Below, one piece after another: positions 15,541-27,984 of a stretch of DNA of 64,000 nucleotides. The stretch comes from Eledone cirrhosa (taxonomy: Eukaryota): contig OZ024752.1 in assembly GCA_964016885.1 (NCBI GenBank), positions 36,704,001 to 36,768,000 on the forward strand. Direction: 5' to 3'. Each line of letters begins with the position of its first letter. Position 1 is the first letter of the stretch. A model generated the notes under the pieces. It searched no databases. It was not told the origin of the DNA and worked only from the letters and a program-made list of their open reading frames with translations. Made by a program: the position numbers and the translations under genes.

Positions 15541-15814
15541 ATACATCTTAAATGAACTACCACTATGTCAGTACATACCTTAATGGATATGCCTGCCATA
15601 TACAAATGAGATATTGGGAATTTCGACTAAAATGTCCGTCCATTAAATGCAACGGAAGAGGTGCATTATATTGTTCCATGAGATGGAAAGCTGTTTACAG
15701 TTGCTGAGGTCATTGGTCCACTTAATGCAAATATCACATCAAACAAAAGGCAAAAATAAAATATATTCACAGCATTAGTCAGTGATGTATCACATGCTAA
15801 TATTGTAAACATGT

Positions 15815-16508
15815 GGAGGCGCGTGACCTAGCAGTAAGGGTGTTGAACTTACAAGGCTGGGCTGAAATGTTCATAGGCTGACTATGAAGGAGTGATACTA
15901 GAGCTGTGACATCTTGCATGCAATGATTTCAACTCTTCTTATTAATTGTTTCTACTTTTGGCACAATACCAGCAATTATCCCAGTGCATTACTGGTACTT
16001 TACTTTATCGGCCCCACAGGGATGAAAGGCAAAGTTAACCTCGGCGGGATTTGAACTCAGACCGTAAAGGGACGTAACTCCATGCTGGAAAGCATGGTGT
16101 CCGACCCTCTACCGATACTGCCAAACCACCGCCCTTCTTATTAACAATTGCAATGTTTGTTTTTTTCTAGAGACAATATTAAAAAATAAAGCTCATTTGG
16201 TCATTCCATGAGAGTATCTTGGTCAGCCTATGAACTTTTCAGCCGACGCTCGTACGATCATAATATCATGGGTTCGATTCCTAGACTGGGTTGTGTGCTG
16301 TGTTCTTGAGCAAAACACTTCATTTCACGTTGCTCCAGTATACTCAGCTGAAAATGAGTACCAGCAGCAATAGCTGGGAAGTTTAACCGTGCGATGGACT
16401 GGCGTCCTGTCCAGGTGGAAATCGTGTATCCTCAGTCGCTTAATGCCACGGAAACCGGGATTAGTACCGGCCTGATGAGCTTCCGGGGTCGAAACAGACT
16501 TTAGACTT
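15815..16508 (+). mobile_element. Three-level nest: CORE/V-like tRNA SINE > mariner MITE (15852-16252) > Nin/Deu-like SINE (15943-16133, minus)
   Basis: The SINE head is split at a TA by the MITE. The inner SINE is flanked by the duplication cttcttattaa. Confidence 0.85.
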
Positions 16509-16597
16509 AGATGTAAAGCTATTTACAGTTGTCGAGGTCATTGGTCTTGTTAATACAAATGTGACAAGACGAAAATAGAATATATTCATATTATTAG

Positions 16598-17035
16598 TGA
16601 AGGCGCATGGCTTAGTAGTTAGAGCATTGGGCTTGCAATCGAAAGGTTGTGAGTTCGATTCTCCAACCGGGTGATGTGTTGTGTCCTTGAGCAAGACACT
16701 TTATTTTTACGTTGCTCCAGTTTACTCAGCTGTAGAAATGAGTTGCGATGCTGCCAAATCAATGGGTGGCAGTAGTTCCAGCTGCACACATCGAAAGACT
16801 GGTGTAGTGGTTCTGAGAACAATGCGGCTTTGCAGATGATCATTGCAAGTTGACAATGGAAAGACGCTCCCGCTCGAGTTAGAAGAGAACTATTGACCTT
16901 CAGGGGAAGCAGCGACCCCTGATTGTATTCAGCAACCGAAACAAATATGAAGTACACCAAATCCAATGCTCCTAGGGGGAGGCCCTGGTTCTTCTTATTT
17001 GCGAGTGTAAACTCGACCAGATTAGATTAGATTAT
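16598..17035 (+). mobile_element. Full-length tRNA/CORE-like SINE with (AGATT)n tail
   Basis: A-box tggcttagtagtt, B-box gagttcgattc, core tgtgtccttgagcaagacactt. A second copy is at 24720-25158 (minus). Confidence 0.85.
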
Positions 17036-17067
17036 TCATTGATGATATGAATATGCTGTGAAGTATA

Positions 17068-17850
17068 TAGTTACGCCCTTTTTAGTTTGCGTTCTGAGTT
17101 CAAATCTTGCCGAGGTATACTTTGCTTTTCATTGTTAAGGGGTCGATAAAATAAAGTACCAGTAACGTACTGGGGTAGATATAACTGACTTCCACCTCCC
17201 CCCCCCCCCCCAAAAAAAATGGTTGGCCTTGTGCCTACTGTAAGGTGGTTGGAATTAAGAAGGGCGAGCAATATGGTTGGATTACATCCATGAGCTCGAC
17301 TAGTCACGCTTGGTGACCCAGCCGGATCATTTGGAGACGGTTGCTTCTGACGGGACCCGCTGGGGGGGATTAGACATGGCCTGGGCCAATACTAGCCGAA
17401 ACCTATCAAAGTTATAACTAGTCAGGGAGGTGGATTGGTAGAGCGTCGGACAGTATGCTGTGTGGCAAATAGTTACACCCCTTTACCTTCTGAGTTTAAA
17501 CTCGCCGAGGTTAGCTTACTTAACCTTTCACCGTTACGGGGTCGATAAAATATAGTACCAGTAACCTACTGGAGTCGATTTAATCAGCTTTTCTCCTCCC
17601 CTTCAAAATGTTGGTCTTGTGCCAAAAGTAGAAACAATTATTATTATTATGGAGTTAGAGCAGTGAATTGGCAGTATCGGTAGAGGGTAGGACGCCATGC
17701 TTTCTAGCATAGAGTTACGTCCCTGTACGGTCTGAGTTCAAATCCCGTCGATGTTAACTTTGCCTTTCATCCTTGCGGGGTCGATAAAATAAAGTACCAG
17801 TAATGTACTGGTTGATTTGCTGGCCTTGTGCCAAAATAAGAAACAATTAT
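17068..17850 (+). mobile_element. Three Nin/Deu-like SINE copies and a decayed RTE fragment (17270-17365)
   Basis: Match to the SINE consensus; gagcaatatggttggattacatccatgagctc matches 5880-5910. Confidence 0.75.
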
Positions 17851-17853
17851 TAT

Positions 17854-18550
17854 GAAGTTACGACCCTTTACGTTCTGAGTTCAAATCCCGCTGAGGTTAA
17901 CTTTGCCTTTCATCCCTACGGGGTCGATAAAATAAAGTACCAGTAATGTACTGGGTAATTGCTGGCCTTGTGCCAAAATAAGAAACAATTATTATGAAGT
18001 TACGACCCTTTACGTTCTGAGTTCAAATCCCGCTGAGGTTAACTTTTCCTTTCATCCTTAAATGGTCGATAAAATAGAGTACCAGTAATGTACTGGGTAA
18101 TTGCTGGCCTTGTGCCAAAATAAGAAACAATTATTATGAAGTTACGACCCTTTACGTTCTGAGTTCAAATCCCGCTGAGGTTAACTTTGCCTTTCATCCC
18201 TACGGGGTCGATAAAATAAAGTACCAGTAATGTACTGGGTAATTGCTGGCCTTGTGCCAAAATAAGAAACAATTATTATGAAGTTACGACCCTTTACGTT
18301 CTGAGTTCAAATCCCGCTGAGGTTAACTTTTCCTTTCATCCTTAAATGGTCGATAAAATAGAGTACCAGTAATTGCTGGCCTTGTGCCAAAATAAGAAAC
18401 AATTATTATGAAGTTACGACCCTTTACGTTCTGAGTTCAAATCCCGCAGAGGTTAACTTTGCCTTTCATCCCTACGGGGTCGATAAAATAAAGTACCAGT
18501 AATGTACTGGGTAATTGCTGGCCTTGTGCCTAAAGTAGAAACAATTATTA
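17854..18550 (+). repeat. Tandem array of five headless SINE units (142 bp) alternating A/B
   Basis: gaagttacgaccc at 17854, 17996, 18138, 18280 and 18410. Units 1/3/5 carry ccctacgggg; units 2/4 carry ccttaaatgg. Confidence 0.92.
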
Positions 18551-18949
18551 ACGTGCTAATCTAGAGGAAAGTTATGTTTTCAACAAAAGAGCTGAAACAT
18601 ATGTTCTGGACTCCACTAATTCAATCTATTGCTATATTTATAGTTAAAAATATGTGAAAGGTTTCAAAGTTCAGAGTTTTCCGTTGAAGTGTTACATATC
18701 TAAATAGCAATGAGACACTAAATATAGAAATATAGAAGCTACAATCATACATACCTATATATATATATATACGTAATACGTACGTACATGAATGCATACA
18801 AACATACATAATACATACATTGATACATTCATGTACGTACATACATAGCTTAGGTCCACATACACTCGGGACCTCATTTTTTAAAAATATATTTTCATTT
18901 TACCATTAGTTTTTATTCTTTAACACTAAATCATCAAATATATATATAT

Positions 18950-19170
18950 GAAATTATTAGAAATGTTAGCTATCGCCGTATTTTGATGGAAAAGGATGAG
19001 TATTGACGTACATGTATGTCAATACTCATCTTTTTCCATTTCTCCGAGGGTTCTTAACCCCACTATCAGGCTAAATAATTTCTTTAATTTCTTTAGTCAA
19101 AATACGGCGATAGCTAACATTTCTAATAATTTCAAATCCACTCGCTGTTTCGAAAATATTCTTACTTGAT
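18950..19170. mobile_element. Family G fold-back element (tRNA-like domain, no hammerhead seen)
   Basis: Palindrome centred on gacgtacatgtatgtc. Other copies at 34585-34935, 52820-53068 and 56995-57320, each next to (TA)n on at least one side. Confidence 0.82.
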
Positions 19171-19180
19171 ATATATATAT

Positions 19181-19465
19181 GAAACGTAATTTTGGTATGT
19201 TTATATACATTTTTTCTTCTAACTTTGATTTTATACCTAATTGTGTATGGTTGACGATATATTTAATCGATTTCCACGTGCTATTAGAAATGCTGGGTAA
19301 ATATTCTATAGCTGTTGATCGCGAATAGATAGCTGTCGTTTATTTATCTATTATTTCTTCATAGGTATCTTTTAATCTTATAGCTTTGTTTAATTGGTTT
19401 TTTGTGTGGTTGATTATGCTGATTGGGAGAGGAAATAATGTATATATTTTATCAAATGATTCTAT
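19181..19465 (+). mobile_element. (TA)n-embedded dispersed repeat family T
   Basis: A diverged reverse-complement copy lies at 29228-29560. Confidence 0.7.
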
Positions 19466-19476
19466 GGACATACTTT

Positions 19477-19529
<53 letters not shown>

Positions 19530-19532
<3 letters not shown>

Positions 19533-19835
19533 GGAAAATTTGAACAGGGACAGAACAGAGAGGCAGTACAATAAATGTTTATTAAATTCACGCTCAGGAG
19601 AGTGGGGGGTAGGTGGGGGACGACGTTTCGGGCATAAGCCCTTCCTCAGGTGAGGAGTGTGTGGGAACAGAGTTCAAAAGGTGTGTAGGGGAGTGGTGGA
19701 GAGACATATAGCGAAAGGAAACGGTGCGAATGAAAAATTAACAAATGAAGACAAAAAATATAAAAAATAAAAATAAAGCATGATCAAAATACAAGGAATG
19801 AGAAAATTTAAAAATAAAGGCATGATCAAAATAAA
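19530..19835 (-). ncRNA. Family C Penelope-pLTR-like element with minimal hammerhead (minus 19619-19652)
   Basis: cAC-CUGAGGA-aGGGCuuauGCCC-GAA-ACGU-C-GUc, with AATAAA downstream. The plus-strand copy at 48112-48395 has core UUGAGGA. Confidence 0.8.
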
Positions 19836-20387
19836 CTGAAATTAAAAGGGGGGTAAACAGGTGGTGGAAGGGTGTGGGATGAGTAGGGGTGGTGGCGGGT
19901 GGAGTGGGGAGAGGGAGACGGGGTGTCCGAGCGGGGAGGGCTGAAGGTGGTGTGTGTGTGTAGGTGCGCGTGTGTGTGTGTGTATGTGAAAGTGAGGGTT
20001 GGGGGAAGAACGGGGTTGCATGTTCAGGAAGAGGTGTGTGTGGGGGTGTTTTTGTGGGTCGGAGTGTCTGTGCGTGTGTGGATAGGGGGTGGGGGGAGAG
20101 GAATCAGGAGGCTGAGGGTGTAAATATGTGGTGGGAAGCACGTGTGTGTGGGGTTTAAGCGTGTTGTGGGTGTGGGTGGCGTGTGGAGATATATATATCA
20201 TTCTTTATCATTAACATTAATATAAAAAAAAAACGTATATTCATTAAAATAAATTTACGCGAATTCTTTTAGAGAAGGGCTTCAAATTTCATATATCTTA
20301 GGGCCCAAAAAGGTGAAATCCGGTCCTGCTTAGGGAGATACAGATTTATTCTGGAGCAAAAGTCTGGAATGTGAAAATTAACTTTGA

Positions 20388-20598
20388 CCCTTTAGCATTT
20401 ACATTACTTTATATTTACTATTATATTTTCATGTCAAACACTTTACCTCACATAATTATCTCACACAATATCGAATCTATGAGATTTTGATATTATTTAT
20501 TTTGAGAACAATACCTTAACATAAGTATGAGCGGCTGGTTTGAACAGAAAGAGGTTACAGAATTGTGGCCGAATACGGCCGGTTTAAATGCTAAAGGG
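20388..20598. mobile_element. piggyBac-type MITE
   Basis: ttga|ccctttagcattt ... aaatgctaaaggg|ttaa. Confidence 0.75.
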
Positions 20599-21169
20599 TT
20601 AACCAGGATATAAGACAACTAGACTAGGAGAAATCCTGCGTAACACAAACGTACACAGCATCGATTTCTACCAACATGATGTAAGACAATGTAGAAATAA
20701 TGGTTAAATTACAATAAATCAATTGGCTCTGTCCTCCATTCGTGGATGTTGTATGACTTTCTAATTGCTAAATTTCGAGAAATCATAAGATCATAATTGC
20801 AGCCATAGACAAACTGATTTCATCCTTGGCCGCCATTCTAAAGTTAAATACAGAAAATGATTGCATTGTCTCTGATAGAATAGAGCATAGTAAGGATGTA
20901 TTTCAAGGACGCAGTCTGTATAATTGTTGTTGAGGAAACCCAAACAGTAAATGATTAGGTCGCGGGAAGCCAGAAACACTAACGTAGCACATAGCTTCTT
21001 TGTGTGAATTACTTGAATGAATATGCTAAAAATAGAACTGCTATTTTGTTACGACATTTTCAGAGGTTACAGACATCTGATTGTAAAACGAGAGAAAACA
21101 ACTCGCTAGTCTAGCAATATCTCTATCAATGGCTTGAATACTAAAATGTCTAGTAATAGACACCCCTTA

Positions 21170-21410
21170 TAATAATTGTTTCTACTTTTGGCACAAGGCC
21201 AGCAAATACCCAGTGTATTACTGGTACTTTATTTTATCGACCCCGTAAGGATGAAAGGCAAAGTTAACCTCGGCGGGATTTGAACTCAGAATGGCAAGGG
21301 CCGTAACTCTATGCTAGAAAGCATGGCGTCCGACCCTCTACCGATACTGCCAAACCACCACCCTACCATGGCGTCCGACCCTCTACCGATACTGCCAAAC
21401 CACCGCCCTT
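21170..21410 (-). mobile_element. Nin/Deu-like SINE with a duplicated 5' head
   Basis: catggcgtccgaccctctaccgatactgccaaaccacc is present twice. Confidence 0.85.
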
Positions 21411-22035
21411 ATAATAATAACACCTGTAAAATGCTACACGAAAGCAAGGACACACTAATTTCGGAGCTATATTCATATAATCAATCTACGGTTCTCCCCG
21501 TGCTTGCAGTAGCTTCACCAACATTTGGGTTATTCAGTAGAACATGAAATAAGAATTGGGTCGTTGATGTTTAAAACCTTCAACTGCTTAATTAGGAGAA
21601 GACATTTCCATATCAGTTGTACAATTGATCACATCTAGCTAAAACGAAGACAAGAACCTAAGAGACTTAATACGCGCGCACACACACACACACACATACG
21701 CGTACACACACCGTACCCATTCTGTTATAATAGTTTATATTTATCAACTTCTATTTTCACTATATATATATATATATATATATTAATTTAATTTATTGAT
21801 TTATTGATTTTTATTTGAGTGACCCGAATCTTCCTGGTCGTTCTTTTTCGGCTGTACGGGTGATTTTAGGCATAATCTCTATGTGTTGGTAACTTAACGA
21901 TGGTTATAGCTCTGATTTATCCAAATTATTGAGCCCTCTGACACACATATCGGATATTGTTTATCGTTAATTCGTGAGCTGTTTTTCCGATTCTCGATTA
22001 TTCTACTATATATATATATAGTTGATATATATATA

Positions 22036-22196
22036 TGTTGATTTAAAACTGCACTATTCATAAGTGTTTTTTAACCTTCATATCATGTCTTCCTATTTTA
22101 TCTGATGAAAACACAAATATTATTGCATGATGATATTTGTTTTTGAAATGCGCATAATAAAATACATAGAACTCTTTTAACCATCTTTTGATCTTA

Positions 22197-22197
<1 letters not shown>
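22036..22197 (+). ncRNA. Family D element with type I hammerhead (22096-22162)
   Basis: UUUUAU-CUGAUGA-long stem II (acaaauau/auauuugu)-GAA-AUGCGCAU-A-AUAAAA. Copies at 23697-24032 (both strands) and 53093-53290 (minus). Confidence 0.88.
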
Positions 22198-22288
<91 letters not shown>

Positions 22289-22292
<4 letters not shown>

Positions 22293-22840
22293 GGAAAAAA
22301 TGAAAAGAAATTTCATTTCCCACTCTTAGTATGGCTGTTACTTAAATATAAGTATGTACACGTACATACATATATGTATACAGACGTACAGTAGTATGTA
22401 TATATATACATACATGCACACATATATACATGTACGTATGGATTCACCGAACATTTATTATAATGCTCGGTGTGTTTGTAAACAAACATTCCGTATTAAG
22501 CCGTAGTGTCCAGCAACCACCGTTGCTCGTTTGTTCAACACTGACAAAGGAACGCTGTACTAGTTTCAAGCTTATTAGCTATCGTCAGCAACGTATACCT
22601 TCCTGCCAGATTGTTGAACGTATATACTTAGGCTTATGCATATTAACGGCTGAGTAGCCCAATTTGCATATCGAGTGGGTTAATCGGCCGGATGCACCGA
22701 AAACGATAAACGGAAAAAATGAAACGAAATTTCATTTCCCACTCTTAGTACGGCTGTTACTTAAATATAAGTATGTACACGTACATACATATATGTATAC
22801 AGACGTACAGTAGTATGTATATATACATACATGCACACAC
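22289..22840 (-). ncRNA. Family E retrozyme-like partial tandem (419-bp period) with hammerhead (minus 22552-22594)
   Basis: ACGUUG-CUGACGA-uAGCUaauaAGCUu-GAA-ACUAGU-A-CAGCGU. acggaaaaaatgaaa repeats at 22291 and 22710. Plus-strand copy at 39643-39985. Confidence 0.88.
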
Positions 22841-22953
22841 ACATATATATATAGAGAGAGAGAGAATGGAAAACGAAAACTCTGTGTGTGTGTAAGTGTC
22901 TCTGTGTGTGTAAGTGTCTCTGTGTGTGTGTGTGTCTCTGTGTGTGTGTGTGT

Positions 22954-22988
<35 letters not shown>

Positions 22989-23002
22989 TCTGTGTGTGAG
23001 AG

Positions 23003-23350
23003 TGTCTCGGAACTCAATTTATTGTGTGTTACAATTGTTTCCCCGGCGAACAGCTCGAGGTGCGATCCGTGTGTGGATCGACCTGACTCTAGACTCGCAG
23101 GTTCCTCGGACATGTCTATTGATTTCGGATCATGTCCTCTTTCTGTGGTTTTCTGGCCCTACAAGCCTATATCGCGCACCTTCATCCGCTTTGCGCGTCC
23201 TTGGTTTGGTCACTGGTTAGTGACGTCATCATTATTCTGACCAATGGTAGCAGTCCGCTGACCGTTAGGGTGTGAGCTGTCACTCATCCACTGTCCCGTC
23301 GGCAAAATTACTGCTGTTTGTCAGCTCACACTCCCACTCGCACTCGCACA
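23003..23350 (-). ncRNA. Family V element with hammerhead variant (minus 23027-23112, core CCGAGGA)
   Basis: UGU-CCGAGGA-extended stem II (includes cgaucc/ggaucg)-GAA-ACAAUUGU-A-ACA, then AATAAA. Flanked by (TG)n on the left and (CA)n on the right. Confidence 0.65.
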
Positions 23351-23696
23351 CACACACACAGAGATACAGACAGATACATACAGAGTAGCTTGTGTGCTTA
23401 CGTTCACACACAGAAATAGTCACACAAATATACGCACACATGCACACAGAGAAGCACACACGCGCGTGTATATACGCACACATATACACAGACACATATA
23501 CATACACGCACCCGTGTATATACAACATGCACACACACACAAACGTATGCATCCGTACATAAACATACACATGCTCTCACAGATATATATATATATATAT
23601 ATATATGTAGGAGGTGAGTTTTATTGTAGTACAATAAAGCAATGCAGATATCGGATAAGAAGCACTCTACAGTTTGTAGGACTGGAGTATACATAA

Positions 23697-24032
23697 TATA
23701 AGATCAAAAGATGGTTAAAGGAGTTCCATGTATTTTATTATGCGCATTTCAAAAACAAACATCATCATGCAATAATATTTGTGTTTTCATCAGATAAAAC
23801 AGGAGAACATGATATGAAGGCTAAAAAACACTTGTGGATAGTGCAGTTTTAAATCAACATATGTTGATATGTTGATTTAAAACTGCACTATCCACAAGTG
23901 TTTTTTAGCCTTCATATCATGTTCTCCTGTTTTATCTGATGAAAACACAAATATTATTGCATGATGATGTTTGTTTTTGAAATGCGCATAATAAAATACA
24001 TGGAACTCCTTTAACCATCTTTTGATCTTATA
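23697..24032. mobile_element. Family D near-perfect fold-back with two back-to-back hammerheads (minus 23733-23799, plus 23930-23996)
   Basis: Arms of ~165 bp, centre aacatatgtt near 23860. Confidence 0.92.
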
Positions 24033-24122
24033 TTATATATATATATATATATATATAGACATACATACATTTACTTACACACATATGCACATCTGCACTT
24101 AGATATGCATACATACACACAT

Positions 24123-24157
<35 letters not shown>

Positions 24158-24242
24158 CACCCACCCGCACGCCCACACACACGTATACACACATACGTCT
24201 ACACACATGTATACATATACATACACACACACACATATATAT

Positions 24243-24334
<92 letters not shown>

Positions 24335-24414
24335 TTAAGTATACTATTTATGGTTATGCAAATACAAAAACCTTTTGTAGTTATATATATTTTTACAAAC
24401 CCTAAATAGTGATA

Positions 24415-24604
24415 GGCAGACGGTGGATTGGCAGTATCGGTAGAGGGTCGGACGCCATGCTTTCCAGCATAGTTACGTCCCTTTACGATCTGAGTTCAAA
24501 TCCCGCCGAGGTTGACTTTGCCTTTCATCCTTACGGGGTCGATAAAATAAAGTACCAGTAATGAACTGGTGATTGCTGGCCTTGTGCCTAAAGTAGAAAC
24601 AGTT
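24415..24604 (+). mobile_element. Nin/Deu-like SINE
   Basis: Consensus match. Further copies: 27405-27583, 28125-28318, 29028-29214, 37090-37740 (several decayed), 42520-42610, 44625-44838, 46755-47250, 47520-47690, 60180-60265. Confidence 0.85.
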
Positions 24605-25344
24605 ATAAAAAGAAAATGTCGTGGATCGTCAGATGAGTTCTTGCCATTTCAACAACTAACATATATTCGCATTATGGAAAACAAAGCCCCTGCGATTAAT
24701 GTCGTTGCATGTAACATATACTAATCTAATCTGGCCGAGTTTACGCTCGCAAATAAGAACTAGGATTTGGTGTACTTCATATTTGTTTCGGTTGCTGAAT
24801 ACAATCAGGGGTCGCTGCTTCTACTGAAGGTCAATAGTTCTCTTCTAACTCGAGCGGGAGCGCCTTTCCATTGATCATCTGCACGGAAGAGCCTTTCCAT
24901 TGTCAATTTGCATTAATCATCTGCAAAGCCGCATTGTTCTCAGAACCACTACACCAGTCTTTCGATGCGTGCAGCTGGAACTACTGCCACCCATTGATTT
25001 GGCAGCATCGCAACTCATTTCTACAGCTGAGTAAACGGGAGCAACGTGAAATAAAGTTTCTTGCTCAAGGACACAACACATCACCCGGTCCGAGAATCGA
25101 ACTCACAACCTTTCGATTGAAAGTCCAATGCTCTAACAACTAAACCATGCGCCTTCACTAACATATACATTGGAGATGAAAATCACAGGATATTATGGCT
25201 TAACATAGAAATAGTTATAATTTATACAATTTATACGTCACTAACTTGTATCGGTTGAATTACTATTTAGTTTTTATATTTTGTAATTAATATTTATAGC
25301 TTTAGTATGTGTTGTTACTGACAGACTGTGTTGCCTATCTAAAT

Positions 25345-25367
25345 GTCACATACACACACACAGATAT

Positions 25368-25402
<35 letters not shown>

Positions 25403-25566
25403 CATTTATAGATACATACACACATATATACACACATATATACATACATACATGCATACATACATAAATACATACATATATACATAAATACATAAATACA
25501 TACATACATACATACATACATACACGCACACATACATACATAAAAACATACACACACACAGATATG

Positions 25567-25598
<32 letters not shown>

Positions 25599-26275
25599 CA
25601 TTTATAGATACATACACACATATATACACACATATATACATACATACATGCATACATACATAAATACATACATACACACATAAATACATACATACATACA
25701 TACATACATACATACATACATACATACATACATGCACACATACATACACGCACACATACATACATAAAAACATACACACACACAGATATGTACATACATA
25801 TATATATATATACATTTATAGATACATACACACATATATACACACATATATACATACATACATGCATACATACATAAATACATACATATATACATACATA
25901 CATACATACATACATACATACATACATACATACATACATACATGCACACATACATACACGCACACATACATACATCAATACATACACGCACACATACATA
26001 CATACATATATATAAATACATACACACATACATACACACATACATACATATATACACACTTATGTACTTACATACATACATATATCCATCCGTACATACA
26101 TACATAAATACATACACACATACATACATACATACATACATACATGCATACATATATACATACATACATAAATACATACACACATACATACAAGCACACA
26201 CATTCATCCATCAAAACATACATACATACATTCATCAATATACACACACACACACGCGCGCGCGCACGCACACAT
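25345..26275. repeat. Complex (TACA)n/(CA)n microsatellite with internal ~200-230 bp duplications
   Basis: catttatagatacatacacacat recurs three times. Confidence 0.9.
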
Positions 26276-26794
26276 CTACTCCATTCATGTGGGATCTTTC
26301 CATGTTTGGTAGTGTTGAATAAATACATATTTATTCAACACTTTTCTCTTTAAAGCAGGTTTTGTGTCTATCCTGTAAATATATTCTATGCATAAATCTA
26401 TAGCGTTTATTAATCAAATGAAATATTATACGTAAAGATGGCGCCTGGGTATTTAGCTCCGTAGGCTAGCTCTAAATTGTTCGCTCTCTTCTCTCAGTTA
26501 CACGCCCCTGTTTTCCCAAAAGAAATTATTCCAACTTATAGTTTGGTAAGCTGACAAACCCCTAATTTTTTTTACATTTCTTGCTCACACAACAATAAGA
26601 AAATTACTAAACCAGCATTTTCTACTACACGGTCCATACACACCCATGTCAAATCATTTTCTAGGTCATAATACCATACGACCCTCTTCACCGCTTCCGA
26701 TATTTTCACAACACTGCTACGCGGAAAAATATGTTTAACTATTTATTTATTGATGGCAGGGAAGTATTATATATTTAATGTAAGTATACAAATA

Positions 26795-26980
26795 CAGGTA
26801 AAATTCCGTTATTACGAATACCATTATAATGAATCTTTCAGTATAACGAAATTTTTTTTCAATCCCCGAAGTAATAACAAACAAACGCTCGATTTGTTTC
26901 GGTTGATCTCGTTATAAAGAATTTTTCGTTACAACGAATTTTTTTATAGCCGTGAATTTCGTGAAAAGGGAATTTTAGGA
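26795..26980. mobile_element. Decayed Tigger/pogo-like MITE
   Basis: Starts ta|caggtaaaattccgttattacgaa, has repeated (g)ttataacgaa-like motifs, and ends with the inverted ttcgtgaaaagggaatttt. Confidence 0.5.
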
Positions 26981-27689
26981 TGACATAAGTTTCTGTAATA
27001 CGCCTTTCTGAGGTCTGCACCCTTGGCGGCTGCCTAGGTGGCTTTAATGATAGCGCCGGTCCTGTCTATGTCGTTTATTGATCAACTGAAAAATACGGTA
27101 AACAAACGACAGATAGAGGTTGCAATATATGCTGTTATGTGTCCTGACTCTCCTAACTTCAATGTTATGTTCTAGGTTTATTGAGAAATAAAAACCACAA
27201 TTACACGTCTGTAAACTTATATTGCAATGGTTTCATATGTTAGTGACAATTCAATGAGATTTTCAGGATAATCATTGATTTAAGATGGAATGAATTGGAA
27301 ATTAGCATATATACTAATGTTTAATTTAAAACGTATGGAGCAGCGAATAGGATTCAATTTTCTCACCACTCTCCACACATATTAATCATTATTTATTAGG
27401 TAGCATGTGGTGGTGGATTGGCAGTATCGGTAGAGGGTCGGACACCATGCTTTGACGCATAGATTTACGGCCCTTGCCATTCTGAGGTTAACTTTGCATT
27501 TCATTCTTACGCGGTCGATAAAATAGAGTACCAGTAACGTACTGGGATAATTGCTGGCCTTGTTCCAAAAGTAGAAACAATTATTTATTACGTAGCATAC
27601 ATTACACGGCCGTTTATAGCATTCCTGTTGTTAAAAACATTCGTAGTGCCATAACCAGATGAATAAACAAATAAAATGTTTCCACTGAG

Positions 27690-27984
27690 GATGAAAAACT
27701 CAGAGCTGTATGGGAGCATCCCAAAAGTCAGCTCAAAAGTGACACAGGGGAGACTGAGGTTAGCTGGACATGCTCACCGACATCCAGAATTGACATTGCA
27801 CTCAGTGCTCCTGTTGGAGCCCCTACATGGACACACTAGAAGTGGAAGACCAAGGTTAACGTATGTTGATGCCCTAAGGACAGACACTGGTCTGTTGGAG
27901 ACGCAGGACATGGCAGCGATAATGAGGGACAGAGACCGCTGGAGAGAACTCGTCCATGGATCTCGGGAATTTTACCCGCCTTAG
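27690..27984 (+). pseudogene. RTE-superfamily LINE 3' end
   Basis: NSELYGSIPKVS...RLRLAGHAHRHPE...EPLHGHTRSGRPRLTYVD...MRDRDRWR. Confidence 0.85.

Noticed and set aside
16468-16502. ggcCTGATGAgcttccggggtcGAAAcagac as a hammerhead
   Set aside because: Stems I and III do not pair, and the homologous SINE tail at 4953-4985 reads ttgatgagcc..ggctcgagacag, so the core is not conserved.
20600-21010. Possible host exon on the minus strand after ..aactttag
   Set aside because: All three frames stop within about 20 codons, and I see no convincing donor site or homology.
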